DNA of 64,000 nt, taken from assembly GCA_041686025.1 (NCBI GenBank), contig JAWLEP010000001.1, positions 44,545 through 108,544 of the forward strand, written 5' to 3'. Positions 58,793-64,000 of the stretch are shown piece by piece. Source of the stretch: Candidatus Fermentibacteraceae bacterium. Lineage in GTDB: Bacteria > Fermentibacterota > Fermentibacteria > Fermentibacterales > JCC-6. Every line of letters begins with the position of its first letter. The stretch's first letter is position 1. The notes below the pieces were generated by a model that worked only from the letters and a program-made list of their open reading frames with translations, was not told the origin of the DNA and did not search any database. Position numbers and translations under genes: made by a program.

Positions 58793-59259
58793 GCATCGTC
58801 TTCCGCGAGATAGCGGAAGGGGATATCCCGGACCTCTTCCGGGTGCGGGTGTCCACCAGGGAGAACGCCCTCACGGAGGAGGAGCTGCAGCGGCTGGGGA
58901 TAACCCCGGAGACCGTTCGGGAGATGATGCGCACCTCCCATCGGGGCTGGCTGTGCGAGGTGGACGGCGTGGTGGCGGGCTTCGCCATGGGCAACGGCCG
59001 GACGGGGGAGATGTGGGTGATTGCCCTGCTTCCGGAGGCGGAGGGAAGGGGCATTGGCGCGGAGCTGATGGACAGGGTCGAGGGCTGGCTCTGGTCGCTG
59101 GGATGGAGGGAGATCTGGCTCACCACCGACACCGACACCTCCCTTAGGGCCCACGGCTTCTACCGGGCAAGGGGGTGGGAGGACTGGAAGGTGGAAGACG
59201 GTGATCTCTTCATGCGAAGGGAAAATCCCTTCCCGGAAAGCCGGGAGGAATATGTTTAG
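58789..59259 (+). CDS. GNAT family N-acetyltransferase
   Basis: LP..EGRGIG..L, A.GFY...GW. Confidence 0.9.
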   Translation: MSIVFREIAEGDIPDLFRVRVSTRENALTEEELQRLGITPETVREMMRTSHRGWLCEVDGVVAGFAMGNGRTGEMWVIALLPEAEGRGIGAELMDRVEGWLWSLGWREIWLTTDTDTSLRAHGFYRARGWEDWKVEDGDLFMRRENPFPESREEYV

Positions 59260-59261
59260 TG

Positions 59262-59277
59262 TATAGTAATTACTATA
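59262..59277. promoter_or_regulatory. Perfect 16-bp AT-rich palindrome, putative operator
   Basis: TATAGTAATTACTATA upstream of the ybaN/ferric reductase genes. Confidence 0.55.
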
Positions 59278-59472
59278 TATGTCTTCTCCACGAGCCAAAT
59301 GGAAATCCGTCATGACGAAGCGCACCTCAGGCAAGCCCTACATCCACAGGCGCGACGATGTATACTACGCTGTGGGGATGCTACTACGGAAGCCGTCCCA
59401 TCACGCCGGACAGGTACGGGCCCAACGGTGCGACCTTGCGCTGCAGCTGTCGTCGGAAGGGGCTGAGCTGGA

Positions 59473-59901
59473 TTGAGAGCATGGGCCAGGTGGATGCTTC
59501 TGGCCGCCGGGACCGCCGCCGTTGCCCTGGGGGTGGTGGGGATAGTGGTTCCCCTGCTGCCCACCACGCCGCTGCTTCTTCTGGCCGCCTTCTGCTACGC
59601 CCGAAGCTCGGAGAGGTTCTACAACTGGCTCATGGACAGCCCCTGCCTGGGCGGCTACATCAGGAACTACAGGGCCGGGCGGGGCATACCCCTGCTGCAG
59701 AAGGCTCTTACCATCGCCGCGCTGTGGATCACCATAACGGCCACCGCCTGGCTGGCGGTGTCCGCCCTCTGGCTGAGGCTGGCGCTGCTGGCGGTGGCGG
59801 TGGGGGTGACCGCTCACCTGCTGTGGATACCCACCTGCAGGCCGGGCGGGGAGGCCGCGGAGAACGGAGACTCCCCCCCGGCGGAGGAGCAGGAGGCCTG
59901 A
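59473..59901 (+). CDS. YbaN/DUF454 family membrane protein
   Basis: LG.VGIV.PLLPTTP.LLLAA.C.ARSS.RF..WL. Confidence 0.9.
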   Translation: MRAWARWMLLAAGTAAVALGVVGIVVPLLPTTPLLLLAAFCYARSSERFYNWLMDSPCLGGYIRNYRAGRGIPLLQKALTIAALWITITATAWLAVSALWLRLALLAVAVGVTAHLLWIPTCRPGGEAAENGDSPPAEEQEA

Positions 59902-59928
59902 GACGGCTCCGGAAACGAAAGGGAATTG

Positions 59929-61272
59929 ATGCTGAGGACGGGAACCGCCGCTGTCCGTAAGGCAATTGTCTGGAGAATCGCCCTCTACGGGGTTCTGGTC
60001 CTGGCCCCTCTCGCCGTAACGGCCGCAGCCGACGGGTTCGAGGGCCAGGGGACCTGGCGGGTGGCGGGAAGGGCGGCGGCGCTGCTGGCATTTCCCATGC
60101 TGATGCTGCAGCCGGTCCTCTCGGCCCGCTTCCACTGGATAGAGCGGCCCGTCGGACTGGACAGGCTCCTGGTCTTCCACAGGGCCACCGGCACCATGGC
60201 CCTGTTCCTGGCGCTGATGCATCCGGTCTTTCTGAGCCTTTCGGTCTGGGGCTGGGGACTGATTGTCAGCCTGGACCTCCCCTGGCAGCTCCTGGTAGGG
60301 AAGGCGACCCTGGCGGTGCTGGTGGTCTACGCCGCCGGCGCCCTGTTCCACGGCCTGCTGCGGGTCCCCTTCCAGTGGTGGCTGCGGGCGCACAACGCGT
60401 TCGCCCCGCTGATACTGGCCGGGGCCTTCGTACACAGCTGGGCCATCGATATCGAGCACGCTCCCGCGGGAATGCGGGCAATGTGGCTGGGTCTGCTGGC
60501 CGCCGGCGCCTTCTCCTACCTGCATCTCACCGTCTTTCAGCGGCTGCGCGCCAGGCGGAGGGCGCTGGCGGTAACGGACGTGACCAGGATCGCCGACAGG
60601 GTCTGGGGCCTGCGGATGGAGCCGCGGTCGGGCGGCGCCCCCTTCCACCACCTGCCGGGCCAGTTCATGTTCGTCACCCTTCTGAGGGGCAGAGGACTGC
60701 CGGCGGAGGAGCATCCCTTCACCATCGCCTCACCCCCCGACGGCAGCGGGGCCCTGGAGATCGCGCCCAAGGAGCTGGGGGACTTCACATCCACAGTAGA
60801 GGAGACCAGGCCCGGCGACAGGGCCGCCGTCATGGGCCCCTACGGGAGGTTCTCCTTCCTTCTCCGGCCGCAGCGGAAGCGGCTGGTGATGGTGGCCGGC
60901 GGCATAGGCATAACCCCATTCATGAGCATGCTCAGGTACATGCGTGACCGGAAGGAGGACCGGGAGGTCCTGCTTCTGTACGGGAACAGGACCCCGTCGG
61001 ACATCGCCTTCGCAGACGAGCTGGCGGGCATGGCCGACAGCGACGGCCCTCCGAGTCTGCGGGTGGTGCACGTCCTGTCGGCGGCACCGGAGGACTGGCA
61101 GGGCGAGAGCGGCTACATCGACGGGGAGCTGCTGCGAAGACACGTGGGCGACACCGGCGACACGGGCTTCTACATCTGCGGCCCTCCCGTCATGATGGCC
61201 AATGTCTCCCGGGCCCTGCGGGACATGGGAGTCCCGGCGGAGCGGATCCACTCCGAGCGGTTCTCACTGTAG
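59929..61272 (+). CDS. Ferric reductase-like membrane oxidoreductase (heme TM domain + FAD/NAD-binding FNR domain)
   Basis: TM histidines, EEHPFTI.S, GPYG.F, AGGIGITP, YICGP. Confidence 0.9.
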   Translation: MLRTGTAAVRKAIVWRIALYGVLVLAPLAVTAAADGFEGQGTWRVAGRAAALLAFPMLMLQPVLSARFHWIERPVGLDRLLVFHRATGTMALFLALMHPVFLSLSVWGWGLIVSLDLPWQLLVGKATLAVLVVYAAGALFHGLLRVPFQWWLRAHNAFAPLILAGAFVHSWAIDIEHAPAGMRAMWLGLLAAGAFSYLHLTVFQRLRARRRALAVTDVTRIADRVWGLRMEPRSGGAPFHHLPGQFMFVTLLRGRGLPAEEHPFTIASPPDGSGALEIAPKELGDFTSTVEETRPGDRAAVMGPYGRFSFLLRPQRKRLVMVAGGIGITPFMSMLRYMRDRKEDREVLLLYGNRTPSDIAFADELAGMADSDGPPSLRVVHVLSAAPEDWQGESGYIDGELLRRHVGDTGDTGFYICGPPVMMANVSRALRDMGVPAERIHSERFSL

Positions 61273-61276
61273 GGGA

Positions 61277-61621
61277 ATGGAGATGAGATACCACCACATC
61301 GGCATACCAACCCGGCGGAAGATGCCGGGGGAGGTGCATCTGGAGCACCTCCGCCTCTACTGCACCGACCACGAGAGCAACCCCTGCGGCATACAGTGGA
61401 TGAGGTTCGAGGAGGACTGCCCCCTGCCGGATCTGGTGAAGACCGTTGCCCACGTAGCCTTCGAGGTGGACGACCTGGAGGCGGCGCTTTCTGGCCGGGA
61501 GGTCATCATCGAGCCCAACAGCCCCTCCCCCGGGGTCCGGGTGGCCTTCATCGTCTGCGGGGGGGCGCCGGTGGAGCTTCTGGAGATATCGGACCGGCCG
61601 GACGACAGTGGAAAGGCATGA
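61277..61621 (+). CDS. VOC/glyoxalase family protein
   Basis: YHHIGIPT, HVAFEVDDL, VAFI...G.PVELLE. Confidence 0.85.
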   Translation: MEMRYHHIGIPTRRKMPGEVHLEHLRLYCTDHESNPCGIQWMRFEEDCPLPDLVKTVAHVAFEVDDLEAALSGREVIIEPNSPSPGVRVAFIVCGGAPVELLEISDRPDDSGKA

Positions 61622-61770
61622 GACTATAAGAAAGGCGGCATCTGTCCGGGCGATGACGGCGTTGGTGACGGCGGGTCTGAACGATGCTCCTACGGCGTTG
61701 TCAATTGAGTACTATACACTAGACGGAAATGACTCGATGCCGAGCTCATCCCACTGCATGCCCCTGATGG

Positions 61771-62301
61771 GTGAGGGTTAGAATGCACTGCCCCCCCGCT
61801 GCGGTCATCCTGCTGCTGTTCGCCTCAGGCACCGCGGCGGCCGTTCCGGCGGGCTGGGGGCAGCAGGACGAGGTCCTGCTGCTGCCCAGGGCGCTGGTGG
61901 GCTGGTGGCACCCCCGGGGGCTGACGCTCACGCTGGGGGCCTCGATCAACTGGCAGCGGGCCGGCGGCGGCTTCCACGGGCCGCTGCTGCAGATGGATTT
62001 CGGCCAGCACGCCCACGGGCTGTCCGCCGGCTGGAGGCAGGGGGTTCACATGGGCGCCCCGGTGATGTCATGGGGGGCGGCGCTGAGTGTGGCCCGGTCC
62101 TGCGACAGCCGGTTCTGGGACGGCCTGGGGGAGTCCGGTGATGACCACCCGTATGTGGAGCCCGGCGCCTGGCTGGCCGGACCGGAGATCATGTTCGAGG
62201 CCCTGATCGTCGAGTTCAGGGGGGGTGTTCTCAGGCACCTGAGCGGGCCCCGGTCTGACGATCAGTGGGTCTGGACCATGGGCCTGGGAGTGGGGCTGTA
62301 G
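61771..62301 (+). CDS. Exported hypothetical protein, possible small beta-barrel
   Basis: Signal-like N-terminus, beta-strand pattern ending WTMGLGVGL. Confidence 0.55.
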   Translation: MRVRMHCPPAAVILLLFASGTAAAVPAGWGQQDEVLLLPRALVGWWHPRGLTLTLGASINWQRAGGGFHGPLLQMDFGQHAHGLSAGWRQGVHMGAPVMSWGAALSVARSCDSRFWDGLGESGDDHPYVEPGAWLAGPEIMFEALIVEFRGGVLRHLSGPRSDDQWVWTMGLGVGL

Positions 62302-62322
62302 GAAAGCGGGGCGGCGCCGTCC

Positions 62323-64000
62323 TCAGTCCGACCGGTGCGGAAGGCCCTGCAGGGCCCTTCGGGACGGAGCAAAGGCCGGGTCCGCGGCCAGGGCCTGCTG
62401 CAGATAGCCCCGGGCGGAGGCGGTGTCACCCTGCTCCAGGGCCAGCATCCCCAGGTTGTGAAGCGCCAGGGGGTCGGAGGGGTCGAGTGCGGCGGCCTCC
62501 CGCCAGCGGCTGCGGGCCAGGTCCGTCCTTCCGGCCATCCAGGCCGCGGTGCCGGCGTTGATCATCAGGGGCGCGTTCCTGCGGCCCCCGGCCAGGGAGC
62601 TCTCGGCGGCGGCCCAGGCCAACTCGGGGTCTCCGGCGGGAACCAGGGCCTCCAGGGCCAGGGGCCAAAGCTCCTCGGCGTCGGGGAAGGTCCGGGCATG
62701 GCGGCCGGCGGCCTCGAACGCCATCCGGCCCCGGCCGCAGTCCCGGGCGGCCAGCACCAGCTGCAGCCACACGGTCTCCAGGTCCGGCCTGAGCTCCGCC
62801 GCCTCCGCCGCGGCCTCCAGAGCCTCCTCCGGCCTTTCCTGCATCCGCAGGACCTCCGACAGCTGGGCCAGGTGCCTGCCGTTGCCCGAGGTCTCGAAAG
62901 CCCTGCGCAGAAGGCTCTCCGCGCGGCGGAGCCTGCCCAGGCCGCGCATGTGTACGGCCAGCTCCTCCAGGCCCTCGGCGTCACCTTCGCCCTCCACCAC
63001 CCGGGCGTAGCGGCGCAGGCTGAGGTCCGCGTCCAGGAAGGTGCCCGTCCGGGGGCCCGCCAGCAGGGCGGCCCCCAGGGCGGCGGGAACCAGCCAGCGC
63101 TTCCGGCCGGCTGAGGGAAGCAGCCCCAGAAGCACCGGCGCCAGCATCACCGCTCCCAGGTCCCAGTCCACGGCCGCTCCCCTCTCCAGGGGGAAGACCG
63201 AGAAGGCTGCCAGCCATACCAGCAGGTTCAGAAGGAGGGGGGAGGACGGCCTCGATGAGACCGAAGGCAGCACCAGGAGCAGGGAGGGGGCGGCGAAGAC
63301 CACCAGCTGCAGCCGGTGGAGGGGGCCTGGGCTCAGCAGCTGCCGCACGCCGGGTGCCCCGGCTGCGCCCCCGGTGAGGAGAAGCCAGGCGCCGGCGGCG
63401 GCCGCCGCCGCGGCGCAGATGGCCAGGCCCCCGCTGCAACGGCGGCGCAGAGACACCAGGAATGCGGCGGGAAGCAGCAGCAGGCCCAGCAGGTGCACGG
63501 CGGACGCCAGCAGCGCGCAGGCGGCGACGGAGGCCGGTCCGGCCTCCCGGTGCAGCAGGCCGGCGAAAACGGCCATCAGGCCCAGCAGCAGGGCGTAGCT
63601 CTCCACGTAGCCGGCGAAGAAGACGGTCCAGGCCGGGGCCAGCGCCAGCACCAGCAGGGCCGCCCTCCTGCGGGGGCGCATGTCCCGAAGCAGCGTGCCC
63701 AGGCCGGCCAGGTAGAGGGCGGCCCCCAGCATGCCCGCCGCCCGGAAGGTGTCCTCCGGCTCCATGCCCGCCCGGTGGAGGGCCGCGTGGAACAGGGTGT
63801 CCAGTGGCTCGAAGCGGCCGGCGGACCGGACTGATGCCCCCTCCTCCAGGTTCCGCAGCCGCAGGGCGCCGTCCCCCCAGAGGTGGACCTCCGGGGGAGC
63901 CAGGACCGTGGCCGCCCCCAGGAGGAGCAGCGCTGCCGCCAGGCCCAGCCGCAGGTCCAGGGCGGCCAGGGCCCCCGCCGCCGCCAGGGAGGAGACCACG
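62323..64000 (-). CDS. Polytopic membrane protein with C-terminal TPR repeats (5' end outside window)
   Basis: TM segments with WGDG and GYVE.Y motifs; TPR-like DPSDPLALHNLG..., LQQALAADP. Confidence 0.75.
   Translation of the reverse strand, partial: VVSSLAAAGALAALDLRLGLAAALLLLGAATVLAPPEVHLWGDGALRLRNLEEGASVRSAGRFEPLDTLFHAALHRAGMEPEDTFRAAGMLGAALYLAGLGTLLRDMRPRRRAALLVLALAPAWTVFFAGYVESYALLLGLMAVFAGLLHREAGPASVAACALLASAVHLLGLLLLPAAFLVSLRRRCSGGLAICAAAAAAAGAWLLLTGGAAGAPGVRQLLSPGPLHRLQLVVFAAPSLLLVLPSVSSRPSSPLLLNLLVWLAAFSVFPLERGAAVDWDLGAVMLAPVLLGLLPSAGRKRWLVPAALGAALLAGPRTGTFLDADLSLRRYARVVEGEGDAEGLEELAVHMRGLGRLRRAESLLRRAFETSGNGRHLAQLSEVLRMQERPEEALEAAAEAAELRPDLETVWLQLVLAARDCGRGRMAFEAAGRHARTFPDAEELWPLALEALVPAGDPELAWAAAESSLAGGRRNAPLMINAGTAAWMAGRTDLARSRWREAAALDPSDPLALHNLGMLALEQGDTASARGYLQQALAADPAFAPSRRALQGLPHRSD

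Noticed and set aside
56300..62320. Integron cassette array (co-oriented small accessory genes)
   Set aside because: Several genes overlap directly and no repeated attC-like sites were found between them.
1..64000. CRISPR array, rRNA, IS transposase
   Set aside because: No regularly spaced repeats, rRNA-like segments or transposase ORFs were seen.

Overview
GC-rich bacterial chromosome segment. The organism is diderm (lgt, lspA, outer-membrane barrels) and carries a T9SS-type sorting tail, so it is probably FCB-superphylum; that placement is an inference. Layout: (1) 1-19.6 kb is accessory/signalling. It holds a kaiC stub, kaiB and a multi-PAS hybrid kinase, TIGR00341, an NYN protein, an outer-membrane barrel plus Ig-like/PQQ pair, a T9SS-tailed propeller, a catalytically degenerate tyrosine recombinase head-to-head with a pseudo-histidine kinase and mgtC, and ankyrin, HD, nucleotidyltransferase and PHP genes. 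(2) 19.8-56 kb is a co-oriented core block: mreBCD-mrdA-rodA-lgt-comF, dnaE, aminopeptidase, ileS-lspA-arcC, tRNA-Val(GAC), thrS-infC-rpmI-rplT, zapA, a compact 6S-like RNA, rny, ymdB, ispA-dxs-nadK-recN, smc-ftsY. (3) 56-64 kb is accessory: an unannotated small ORF with its own promoter and terminator, a nuclease-like gene, a GrpB-sulfotransferase-GNAT operon, ybaN/ferric-reductase/VOC genes bracketed by inverted 12-bp motifs, and a TPR membrane protein. No CRISPR array, rRNA or intact transposase was seen. All calls come from reading motifs by eye; no database searches were run.
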